This document shows positions 26,698-35,295 of a stretch of DNA of 64,000 nt, one piece after another. Each line of letters opens with the position of its first letter. Position 1 is the stretch's first letter. The stretch comes from Saprospiraceae bacterium (GTDB lineage: Bacteria > Bacteroidota > Bacteroidia > Chitinophagales > Saprospiraceae). Both the position numbers and the translations under genes were made by a program. The stretch spans positions 16,601-80,600 of the forward strand of contig JABAQQ010000008.1 in NCBI GenBank assembly GCA_019187225.1. Direction: 5' to 3'. The notes under the pieces are model-generated. The model saw only the letters and a list, made by a program, of their open reading frames with translations. It searched no databases and was not told the DNA's origin.

Positions 26698-28068
26698 TTA
26701 TGGCTCCGCTTTATTAAAAGTTTCTTCTTCCGCAGTGTCCTCGGCGATCTGTTCATGGGTGCGGTATTCCACCGCGTTCAGCATTTGAATAAGGCCGTCG
26801 CGCACGATTTTGAATTCTTCCAGGACTGCGCCTTTAATGGGTTCCGGTTGGGGCAGGTTGAGGCGCAGGTGGTCCACTTCGCGACCGTTTTTCCAGAAAC
26901 GGAAACACACGTGCGGCCCTGTCGCCAGGCCGGTGGAACCCACGTAACCGATCGTCTGTCCCTGCGCTACGCGCGTGCCGGGGCGAATACCTTTGGCAAA
27001 GCCGCTCATGTGCAGGTATTGCGTTTGGTAGGTACCGTCGTGGCGGATTTTGACATAGATACCGTTGCCGCCTTTGCGCGCGGCTTCCACCACCGTACCT
27101 TCAGCGACCGCCATGATGGGCGTACCGTGCGGGGCGGCGTAGTCGGTGCCGAGGTGCGCTTTGTGATAGCCGAGAATGGGATGCAGGCGGCGCAGGTTGT
27201 AGCGGCTGCTGATGCGCGAATAACGCAGCGGCGATTTAAGGAACGCCTTGCGCGCCGGGCGGCCGTCGTAGTCGAAATAATTCGTTTTTTCGCCCGGTTT
27301 TTCAAAATTAAAGGCATAATATTCTTTGCCTTCGCGCTCGTAAAGGGCCGCAATGATCTTGCCGGTACCGACGGGTTCGCCTTCCACATAATGTTGCTCG
27401 AACACCACCTTGAAGCGGTCGCCTTGTTTTTGGTGGTAAAAATCCACGGAAGAGGCCAGTATGTCAATCATGCCGTCGGCCAGTTGGTCGTTGAGGCCGT
27501 TATCCATCAGCGCCTGCCAGAAACTGGTTTCCAGCACGCCCGAAGCGGCGACCGTATCAATAACGACGTCGCGTTTCACTACTTCCACTTTGTAAGGCTC
27601 CTTCAACTGGAAAACAACGTACTCATAGGGCGAGGGTTCGTACACCATGAAGTCCGGCGACTGTCCCGCTTGTTTGGTGAGAAAGTTCAACTTGCGCCCC
27701 ACCCGCATCGAATTGATGTTGAACTTGCCTTTGCATTGCTCCACGATCTGGTGTACCTGCGGGTAATCGAGGCCGTGTTGCATCAGGATTTCGCCCAGCA
27801 CATCGCCGCGTTTGAGTTCGTCCTCCAGGAGGTGGAATTCGCCGAGTGCGAATCCCCAGCGCATATTTTCGGGAACGACAGGGAGCGCATCGAGCGAAGG
27901 ATCAGCCATAGCCAGTGCGGCGGCTTGCCGGGTATTGGAAAATTGGACGGTGGCTGCAAATACTCCTATTCCGAGCACAATACTGGTTGCGAGCATAACA
28001 TTTTTACGCGTGTGCAACCGTTTTAAACGCCGCAGCCCCTGCTGCAGCCAATTACTGTCTGATTTCAC
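26698..28068 (-). CDS. M23 family metallopeptidase (peptidoglycan DD-endopeptidase type)
   Basis: HLGTDYAAPHGTPI, HDGTYQTQYLHMS, GYVGSTGLATGPHVCFRF. N-terminal TM anchor. Confidence 0.85.
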   Translation of the reverse strand: MKSDSNWLQQGLRRLKRLHTRKNVMLATSIVLGIGVFAATVQFSNTRQAAALAMADPSLDALPVVPENMRWGFALGEFHLLEDELKRGDVLGEILMQHGLDYPQVHQIVEQCKGKFNINSMRVGRKLNFLTKQAGQSPDFMVYEPSPYEYVVFQLKEPYKVEVVKRDVVIDTVAASGVLETSFWQALMDNGLNDQLADGMIDILASSVDFYHQKQGDRFKVVFEQHYVEGEPVGTGKIIAALYEREGKEYYAFNFEKPGEKTNYFDYDGRPARKAFLKSPLRYSRISSRYNLRRLHPILGYHKAHLGTDYAAPHGTPIMAVAEGTVVEAARKGGNGIYVKIRHDGTYQTQYLHMSGFAKGIRPGTRVAQGQTIGYVGSTGLATGPHVCFRFWKNGREVDHLRLNLPQPEPIKGAVLEEFKIVRDGLIQMLNAVEYRTHEQIAEDTAEEETFNKAEP

Positions 28069-28373
28069 GTGTGTGTAAGATTAGAACGAGGTTCAGTGAA
28101 TCGTTTTCACGGCCGGGGGAGCGGCAAAAATAGAATTGCATTTCGGTTTTATACCAATTGTGAGATTTTTTTTAACCAACACCCTTCACACCGTTTTACA
28201 CCCAAAATGTTGATAACCTGATTTTTGAAGGTGATAAATTCTTGAAAATAAAAAAGCGTGGCGATGGCAGAAATATGGCCGTTTGCAAAAACAAAGCACA
28301 GAAAAGCGGATTTCGGTCTGAAAGTTTCGCAAAAAATGCACCTACCTTTCGACGATTACAAAAAGCCTGCGCC

Positions 28374-30074
28374 ATGCGATCTTCCATACTCTTGCCCTTG
28401 ATTTTTCCCTGGTTGGCCACCGGTCAATCCAGTACCTTCGACTCCGGCAACGAAGGCTGGACGACTTTTGGAGACGCCACCAGCCCCAACGCGACGTGGG
28501 TTGCCAACGGTGGCAACCCGGGCGGTTTTATCCGCGCTACCGATCTGTCAACCGGCGGCACCTGGCATTTTGTTGCGCCTTCCAGATTTACAGGGAACAA
28601 ATGCGACGCCTATGGCAACTACCTGCGTTACGACCAGATCACCAGCGATACTACCAACGAAGACCTGTACGGCGACCTCCCCGACGTAGTGCTGTTCGGC
28701 GCAGGGCTGGTACTCGTATACGAAAACGACGAAAACCCTAACCTTACCTGGACCCATTACGACGTTTTGCTGCGTGAAGATGCGGGTTGGCGGCTCAATT
28801 CCATCACCGGCGCCGTACCCACCGAAGCGCAATTTCGCGCTGTGTTGGCCGACCTCGATGGGTTGCGCATCCGCGGCGAATACCGCCCTTTCGACGATGT
28901 TGGCGGACTGGATAATGTGGTATTGGAAAGCAGTTTCGGGTTCGACCTCGACGGCGACGACAGTTCGGGCGCTTCGAATGGCGACTTTCGTTCCGATACG
29001 CTCTGCGTTCCTTCCGGCGCCGTTGCCGACCTGGATGCCGTGCTTTTTTCGGAAAAACCGATTGATTCCATCGTGATAAGAATTCAAAACGCGACAGTCG
29101 AAGAATATATGGAGCTGGACGCCATCCCGGCTGGTCTGGATGTTTACGCACCCGATGTGCACACCATCGTTCTGAGAAATGCGGGAGGGGCAACCGCTCA
29201 GGATTTTTTGCTCGCCCTGCCGCTGTTGCACTACAACGATCTTTCTGCTTTCCCGGCCCGCGGGCAGCGGCTCATTGAATTCAGGGTCTTCACGGAATGC
29301 GGAGAAATTGCTGTGCGTTATGCCCGCCTGCTGCTCTACCCCAAGCCTCACGCCGGGGGCGACGCCGATACGCTGGTGTGTGCCGGAAGCCCGCCTTTCG
29401 ATCTGTTTGCATTGCTGAAAGATTCGCCCCAAACGGGCGGCATGTGGTATCCTCAGTTATCCTCCGGCAACGGCATTTTCGACGCTGCAAAAGACCCCTC
29501 CGGAACATACGCCTATTTCTTCCCCAATGCCGGCGAATGCCCCGGTGACACAGCGTTCCTTACCGTCCGGATCGAAAAGCCATTCCAACTCCGGCCGGAC
29601 ACTACGATCTGTTATGAAGATACTTTGATCGCATCGGTGCCGCCTGGCGTGACAGAATGGCAATGGAACGACGGCAGCCGGAGCAGCGAAATATCCATTG
29701 CGTTACCAGGCACTTACATCCTGAAAGGCGAATTGAACGAGTGCATATTCACCGATAGCCTCCAGGTTGGTTTTTATACTTGTGAAGAATGTCCGTATTA
29801 CGCACCCAACGTTTTTTCGCCCAACGACGACGGTGTAAATGACATATGGCAAGTCTATCTGCCGTGCAACTGGATTCAATTTAACCTCAGGGTGTATGAC
29901 CGATGGGGCGGCCTTGTGTTCAGCGCCGACGACCCTGAAAACGGCTGGGACGGCTCCATCCGGGGACGCGAAGCCGTGCCGGGTGTGTATGTGTGGAGTC
30001 TGGAATGGACGGGTGAGCTGTTGGGCGAACGCAGGGTTTTCCGGGCGGAAGGAGATGTTTCGATAGTACGATGA
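28374..30074 (+). CDS. secreted protein with gliding-motility-associated (T9SS type B) C-terminal domain
   Basis: Signal peptide MRSSILLPLIFPWLATGQS. C terminus YAPNVFSPNDDGVNDIWQV...NGWDG...GVYVW. Confidence 0.7.
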   Translation: MRSSILLPLIFPWLATGQSSTFDSGNEGWTTFGDATSPNATWVANGGNPGGFIRATDLSTGGTWHFVAPSRFTGNKCDAYGNYLRYDQITSDTTNEDLYGDLPDVVLFGAGLVLVYENDENPNLTWTHYDVLLREDAGWRLNSITGAVPTEAQFRAVLADLDGLRIRGEYRPFDDVGGLDNVVLESSFGFDLDGDDSSGASNGDFRSDTLCVPSGAVADLDAVLFSEKPIDSIVIRIQNATVEEYMELDAIPAGLDVYAPDVHTIVLRNAGGATAQDFLLALPLLHYNDLSAFPARGQRLIEFRVFTECGEIAVRYARLLLYPKPHAGGDADTLVCAGSPPFDLFALLKDSPQTGGMWYPQLSSGNGIFDAAKDPSGTYAYFFPNAGECPGDTAFLTVRIEKPFQLRPDTTICYEDTLIASVPPGVTEWQWNDGSRSSEISIALPGTYILKGELNECIFTDSLQVGFYTCEECPYYAPNVFSPNDDGVNDIWQVYLPCNWIQFNLRVYDRWGGLVFSADDPENGWDGSIRGREAVPGVYVWSLEWTGELLGERRVFRAEGDVSIVR

Positions 30075-30083
30075 TGTACGAAG

Positions 30084-31583
30084 CTAATTCGCTTTAATAA
30101 ACATCCGGCTGATCAATTCGCTTTTTCCCCTGAGTGTCAGGTAATAAACTCCATCCGGCAGTTTTTCTACTGAAATTTCACAATGAGGGTTGACGACTTT
30201 GCCGGATAACATCAACTGGCCTGCAGCATCGTGTATTTGCCACCCTAAATCAGGTGTGGTTTGAGTTCCGCTCGAAACTTGCAGCGTATTTTGAACTGGG
30301 TTGGGCGATAAGAAAAGCCCGGCTTGTCCGGCATTTTGTTTTGTGGAGGTAACAGAGGGAACTTCAAAACAAAATTTTGAAAGGTGGCCCGCCTTTGTGG
30401 CATGCACTACCATTCGGCAAACATTATCATCGGGATGGTAAGCATTCAGATCCACTGCTTCCCAATAATAGTATTGTGTTTTGTCTCTTCCGTAAATCCA
30501 CCCGTCTGTTCCTGCTGCGGACAAGTGCCGGATGCAATCATCCATTTCCGGCAAGTCGCTTTGATCGAGGTTTGTAATGTCGTATTTTTTGTTCCGGGAA
30601 TAAATAAAATTGCCCTCGTCTGCAACGGGATCGCCATAGTCGTACTGCTGGTCTTTCAAATTGGAAAGGCTTCCATCATTGTTCAGCGTGAAATAGAGCC
30701 GACCATATCCTTCATCGAGGCATCCGATGTAAAAATAGTAATCAATCCAACCCCAGAGTTGCCCGTTTGGCAAGCGACGGAGTTGGCCTCCATAAGCATG
30801 ATAGTCGTCTCCGGTATATAACGGGCCTAAATCCGTTTTCCAACTCCCTTCGAGGTTCATCCGCATAAGGCGGAAACCATTGAGCCAGTAGATTTTACCG
30901 TCTTCTCCTTCGCAGATTGATTGTGCTTGAGCGCTGCTGTTCAGAACTATGTAGTTTGAACCGTCGGGGTTGACGCTGAAGATGGTCTCATTATATAATA
31001 GTGTATTTTTGCCTCCTCCTATTAACTGCCCGTTGCTGCCATACAGCAGGGAAAGCATTCTGGTATTGGCCGGCAATTGATAGATTGGTGTAAAATCCGA
31101 GCCGTCCGCCGCCATTTTAAAAATGTAGCCGCTGTTGTATTGTCCGCCCAATGTCACTGCCCCGTAATAATTTTCATCATTTCCCCGGATCAACAAGGTA
31201 GGCATGGCACCTGCAACAGGCGGTTCATCTATGACATACAGGTATTGAAAATCCGTACCGTCGGGTTGCATGGAAAAGATCGCGCCGCTGATACCACTCA
31301 AACCGTCTACGTTTTCGTTCAGGAGCCGGAGTTTCCAACCGTATAATTTGCCGTCCTGTCCTGAAACAAGGTTGTCGGAAGGTGAGCCAATGCGGGGGTA
31401 CGCCCAATTTTTCAGAACATTGAAATTTGTACCGTCGGTATTCACTTCCCAAATCATGCCGCCGGAATGTTCATGACCAAAATTGCCATATTGGGCGAGG
31501 CCGACCCATTTTTTTTGAGCGGAAAGCAGGGGAAGGAAGAAAAGGCAAAACAGTGCGGAGTACAGGTATCCGATCGTTTTCAT
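30084..31583 (-). CDS. choice-of-anchor/GloVer-type repeat protein with T9SS C-terminal domain
   Basis: Repeated units GGMIWEVNTDGTNF, GAIFSMQPDGTDF, GYIFKMAADGSDF, ETIFSVNPDGSNY. C terminus LSPNPVQNTLQV...DGVYYLTLRG. Confidence 0.6.
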   Translation of the reverse strand: MKTIGYLYSALFCLFFLPLLSAQKKWVGLAQYGNFGHEHSGGMIWEVNTDGTNFNVLKNWAYPRIGSPSDNLVSGQDGKLYGWKLRLLNENVDGLSGISGAIFSMQPDGTDFQYLYVIDEPPVAGAMPTLLIRGNDENYYGAVTLGGQYNSGYIFKMAADGSDFTPIYQLPANTRMLSLLYGSNGQLIGGGKNTLLYNETIFSVNPDGSNYIVLNSSAQAQSICEGEDGKIYWLNGFRLMRMNLEGSWKTDLGPLYTGDDYHAYGGQLRRLPNGQLWGWIDYYFYIGCLDEGYGRLYFTLNNDGSLSNLKDQQYDYGDPVADEGNFIYSRNKKYDITNLDQSDLPEMDDCIRHLSAAGTDGWIYGRDKTQYYYWEAVDLNAYHPDDNVCRMVVHATKAGHLSKFCFEVPSVTSTKQNAGQAGLFLSPNPVQNTLQVSSGTQTTPDLGWQIHDAAGQLMLSGKVVNPHCEISVEKLPDGVYYLTLRGKSELISRMFIKAN

Positions 31584-31694
31584 ATCACTGGCATTTAAAA
31601 AGTGAACGGAATGCCGGAGTTGTTTTTGAAAACGTCTGACCGCTGAAAACTGCTGCCTTCAAAATCGGCAATTGCCGGTTCTGATTCGCATAAT

Positions 31695-32729
31695 TTATCC
31701 CTCCGATCCCGACAGTCCCTCTATCCCCGTCACCGTCGTGTATTTGAACGATAATTTCTTGTCCGGATGCACGAACTTAAATGCCGACTGGCACGCCAGC
31801 GTCGCCTCGTGGAAGCCGCAGAGAATAAGTTTGAGTTTGCCCGGATAGGTGTTGATGTCGCCGATGGCAAAAATGCCCGGCACACTGGTGCTGTAATCGA
31901 AGGTATTGACCTCCACCGCGCCTTTGTCAATCGCCAGTCCCCAATCGGCGATGGGCCCCAGTTTGGGTGTGAGACCGAACAGCGGCACAAAATGGTCGGT
32001 TTCGAGCACAAATTCGCCTTCTGTGTCGTGCTGAATGACCACGCCGTTGAGTTGGCCGTTACCGTTCAGGCCGACGACCTGGGCATTGGTGATGAGTTTA
32101 ATCTTTCCCTTATTGGCCAGATACTGGATTTTTTCCACCGAATCGGGCGCGCCGCGAAACTCGGTGCGGCGGTGGATGAGCGTCAGTTCTTTCGCTACTT
32201 TCGACAGATAGATCGCCCAGTCGAGCGCGGAGTCGCCGCCGCCGGCGATGACCACGCGGCTGTTGTGATAAAATTCGGGATTGCGCACAAAATATTCCAC
32301 GCCCTTATCCTCGAACTGTGCGATGTTGTCAATCGGCGGTTTGCGCGGTTCGAAACTGCCGAGACCGCCTGCAATAAAAATGACCGGTGCGAGGTGCTTT
32401 GTGCCTTTTATGGTCGTGACCAACCATCGGCCGTCTTCCTGTTTTTCAATGGTTTCGGCGCGTTCGCCAAAAGTGAAGCCCGGCTTGAATGGTTCGATTT
32501 GTTTCATCAGATTTTGCACCAGTTCGCCCGCCAACACACTGGGATAACCGGGAATGTCGTATATCGGTTTTTTAGGATAAATCTCTGTTAGTTGGCCGCC
32601 CGCCTGCGGCAGCGCGTCTATCAAATGACAACGCAATTTCAGCAACCCGGCCTCGAATACAGCAAACAGCCCAACCGGGCCTGCGCCGATGATGATGATG
32701 TCAGTCTCTATCTTATTTTGATTTTCCAT
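31695..32729 (-). CDS. ferredoxin-NADP(+) reductase, thioredoxin-reductase-like (YumC) type
   Basis: IIIIGAGPVGLFAVFEAG, QLTEIYPKKPIYDIPGYP, VVIAGGGDSALDWA, PGIFAIGD. Confidence 0.85.
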   Translation of the reverse strand: MENQNKIETDIIIIGAGPVGLFAVFEAGLLKLRCHLIDALPQAGGQLTEIYPKKPIYDIPGYPSVLAGELVQNLMKQIEPFKPGFTFGERAETIEKQEDGRWLVTTIKGTKHLAPVIFIAGGLGSFEPRKPPIDNIAQFEDKGVEYFVRNPEFYHNSRVVIAGGGDSALDWAIYLSKVAKELTLIHRRTEFRGAPDSVEKIQYLANKGKIKLITNAQVVGLNGNGQLNGVVIQHDTEGEFVLETDHFVPLFGLTPKLGPIADWGLAIDKGAVEVNTFDYSTSVPGIFAIGDINTYPGKLKLILCGFHEATLACQSAFKFVHPDKKLSFKYTTVTGIEGLSGSEG

Positions 32730-32824
32730 GCAATGGCGTAAACAAGTCAGAATCTGTGTAGTTGTTCAAACGGGCGCAAAAATATGACAACTACAGCGAG
32801 CCTCGGTTGATGTGCGTCAGCCTT

Positions 32825-34063
32825 TCAACTGATTTTCGGCGTGTGGAACATCCTCCAGGTAATAATCCCCCATATAATTATACATGGCACGGCTTTTAGT
32901 ACGTAAGGTTGGATGATCCCCCGCCGCACATCAGCGGGGAAAATGTCGGTCGGCGAAAGCGACACCAGGGCAAATGCGACCCATATCAGTGCTTTCTCCC
33001 ACCATTTTTGCTCCGAAGCGCACCACCACAACGCTGTGCCACACATAGCGATGACAAAAGTCGGCGATTCTGCTTTATGGTTGAAGATCACGACCCAGAT
33101 CAGCACCGATGCGCAGGCGAGGAGACGGTGGACAGCAGACGGTGGACGGTGGGTAATGGACGGTTTATCTGCCGAAGCCTCGGTGGGTGATAGATTGGTC
33201 GGGGCATCTTTACTCCATCTTCGGCGAGCCGGGACAGCAAAAATCGAGAGCAAAAAAACTGCCAGACCGGCCAATGTCACACCCATTTTCGAGGGCATCC
33301 AGCCGAGCCATGTTTGCAACCAGCCTTGTACCGACAGGCCAATGGACGCTTCGTGATCTTCCCGGAGCAACTCCCACCACCATTCATACACTTGCCACAG
33401 GTGAGAAGGGGTGATTACGAGCAACGGTATCAAAGTAAAAAATACAGCCCATGCTGTCAGCCAAAATGAAAACTTTAGCCATTTCGGATACAACAGTGCC
33501 AATATTGCGCTAAAAATTCCGAATATCTTGATGAAGGCAGATACCGCCACATATCCCGCTGCCTGCCAGTTCTTGCCGCGCTCAAAAGCAATGAAGGCCC
33601 ATAACATCAATCCGGCAGTAAGGCCATTGCTTTGGCTGCTCTGCATGGAAGTGATCAATTCGATAAAAACGAACCAGGCCATAAAAGCCCGTTGGCCGGA
33701 CGTGAGAACCGGCATTTTCAGGATGGCAGCCAGCAGCACGAGCGCATTCAACAGATTCCAAAAAAGCAACCCCAGCCAGTCGGGCAGCAATGCGAACGGC
33801 CCCATCATCAACGCGAATGCCGGGCTGTATTTGAACAAATCCCAGGGGCCGTTGGAATAACCCGAATAGGGGTTTTGGCCTTCGGTAAGGTAAAAAAATG
33901 CAGATTTAAAAATCCGGTAGTTCTCGTAGGCTGTGCGCCCCCCCCAATCATAAAACAAGGAGCCGTCGAAAAAACCCTGGGTGATCTTTTGGAAGGAAAT
34001 GAGCACTGCCGCCGCGATATAGGCTGCCCAAATAACACGCGTGTCTTTCCAAAAATGCTGCAT
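32825..34063 (-). CDS. polytopic membrane glycosyltransferase-like protein (GT87/DUF2029-like)
   Basis: About 10 TM segments and an N-terminal region YENYRIFKSAFFYLTEGQNPY typical of this family. It contains a heptamer-repeat-derived insert at 33123-33179. Confidence 0.5.
   Translation of the reverse strand: MQHFWKDTRVIWAAYIAAAVLISFQKITQGFFDGSLFYDWGGRTAYENYRIFKSAFFYLTEGQNPYSGYSNGPWDLFKYSPAFALMMGPFALLPDWLGLLFWNLLNALVLLAAILKMPVLTSGQRAFMAWFVFIELITSMQSSQSNGLTAGLMLWAFIAFERGKNWQAAGYVAVSAFIKIFGIFSAILALLYPKWLKFSFWLTAWAVFFTLIPLLVITPSHLWQVYEWWWELLREDHEASIGLSVQGWLQTWLGWMPSKMGVTLAGLAVFLLSIFAVPARRRWSKDAPTNLSPTEASADKPSITHRPPSAVHRLLACASVLIWVVIFNHKAESPTFVIAMCGTALWWCASEQKWWEKALIWVAFALVSLSPTDIFPADVRRGIIQPYVLKAVPCIIIWGIITWRMFHTPKIS
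33123..33179. repeat. GGTGGAC-family repeat block plus GGTTTATCYGCCGAAGCC tail, inside a CDS
   Basis: agacggtggacagcagacggtggacggtgggtaatggacggtttatctgccgaagcc is related to 55499-55559. Confidence 0.8.
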
Positions 34064-34070
34064 TTCTCTT

Positions 34071-34236
34071 AGACGTTGGACTATTGGACGTTGGACTATT
34101 GGACGTTGGACTATTGGACGTTGGACTATTGGACGTTGGATTTTTGGGCGTTGGACTATTGGACGTTGGATTTTTGGACGTTGGATTTTTGGACGTTGGA
34201 TTTTTGGACTATTGGACGTTGGACTATTGGACGTTG
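34071..34236. repeat. 7/8-nt microsatellite (ACGTTGG/ACTATTGG/ATTTTTGG), G/T-rich arm
   Basis: About 22 units, starting 7 nt from the GT87-like start codon. Confidence 0.95.
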
Positions 34237-34261
34237 AAAAGTGGAGGGTATTGACTTATCT

Positions 34262-34326
34262 AACGTCCAAAGTCGAATAGTCCAACGTCTAATAATCCAA
34301 CATCCAATAGTCCGATAATCCAATAT
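34262..34326. repeat. same family in reverse-complement orientation (CCAACGT/CCAATAGT)
   Basis: aacgtccaaagtcgaatagtccaacgtctaataatccaacatccaatagtccgataatccaatat ends at the DUF6438 stop codon. Confidence 0.9.
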
Positions 34327-35039
34327 CAATTCCGATCCTTAGCGGGCATATTGGTTTGCACTTCCACGACGCCGTCCATGTCTTTTAACACGTCAATCAG
34401 CGCCTTTTCTTCGATCTGTTTCGGATCGAAAGCCACGATCCAAATGTTTTCAGCGGAAATACGGCGCACGAGGCGGAGTTTGAACTCGGTGAACTGGTTG
34501 ACCCAGTTGCCTGCATTTACGTCGGGTTTGAGTTGGACGATGACTTCTTTCATGGTACCTGAAGGCGGCGAGTTTGGGTTGATGCCGCGTTTGAGTTGAA
34601 GACCGTGCGCTTCGGCGAGGTCTTTAAGCAGTCCTTCGAGTTCGAGCAAAGGCGCCGGCCGATCAATGGAGCCGCGCACCGTTTTGCTTTTTTCTCCTTC
34701 ATAGGCGATCAAAGTGGCAAACGGCGCATCCACGACATCGGTCTTGATCATATCGGGGTATTGCCAGAGATTCACCGATTGAATTTTTTCCTTCAACTGT
34801 TTGAGTTCCGTCCGGGTGAGGTAAAACGAGTCTTTGCCCACTTTTTCCACAAAACGTTCGCCGTTGTACCGCACAAAACCATTGTTCAACACCTCCAGTT
34901 TGAATACCGGACAGAAACCGAAACAGGGACCGGTTTCGAGGCTGACGAGGTTGGATGCGTCGCCGCCGGGCGATTTTTTTTTGCACTTTTCGGCGGAAAA
35001 AAACGCAAGAGCGGAGAGAAAGAACAAGAGGGTTTTCAT
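34326..35039 (-). CDS. DUF6438-like lipoprotein
   Basis: Signal and lipobox region FFSAEKC, then ETGPCFGFCPVFKLEVLNNGFVRYNGERF. Confidence 0.5.
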   Translation of the reverse strand: MKTLLFFLSALAFFSAEKCKKKSPGGDASNLVSLETGPCFGFCPVFKLEVLNNGFVRYNGERFVEKVGKDSFYLTRTELKQLKEKIQSVNLWQYPDMIKTDVVDAPFATLIAYEGEKSKTVRGSIDRPAPLLELEGLLKDLAEAHGLQLKRGINPNSPPSGTMKEVIVQLKPDVNAGNWVNQFTEFKLRLVRRISAENIWIVAFDPKQIEEKALIDVLKDMDGVVEVQTNMPAKDRN

Positions 35040-35295
35040 GTTGTTCTGATTTGAATCGCTAAAAAAGGTTGATGAATATTTTCGGCTTCACGACTTTCCT
35101 GTGCTTTTTCCGAACGAACTGACGGGCACAAAGTTAGGAAATGTGTTGCACTGTGGGTTTTCTCTTTTGGAGCAGGGCGTCCCGACGCGTAAATTGTATT
35201 CCTGCGGGCTCATCATTGGTCGGTGTATGTGTTGAAATTAATGTTAGCCCTGAGGGAGGTTTTTTGCGTTGCCGTTTTCTCCAAAGCGACAGCCT

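Noticed and set aside
26755-28026. 423-aa ORF antisense to the M23 peptidase gene. Similar long antisense ORFs lie at 42962-44560, 57323-58339, 31767-32591, 61416-62219, 28548-29432, 59885-60469, 40392-41084, 15658-16266 and 7277-7894.
   Set aside because: These are shadow ORFs opposite well-supported genes in GC-rich DNA. The translations are Arg/Gly/His/Val-rich with no motifs.
34041-34280. 79-aa ORF with RWTIGRWTIG repeats. There are similar ORFs over 41525-41827 and 48055-48264.
   Set aside because: It is a translation of the 7/8-nt and 22-nt tandem arrays, not a gene.
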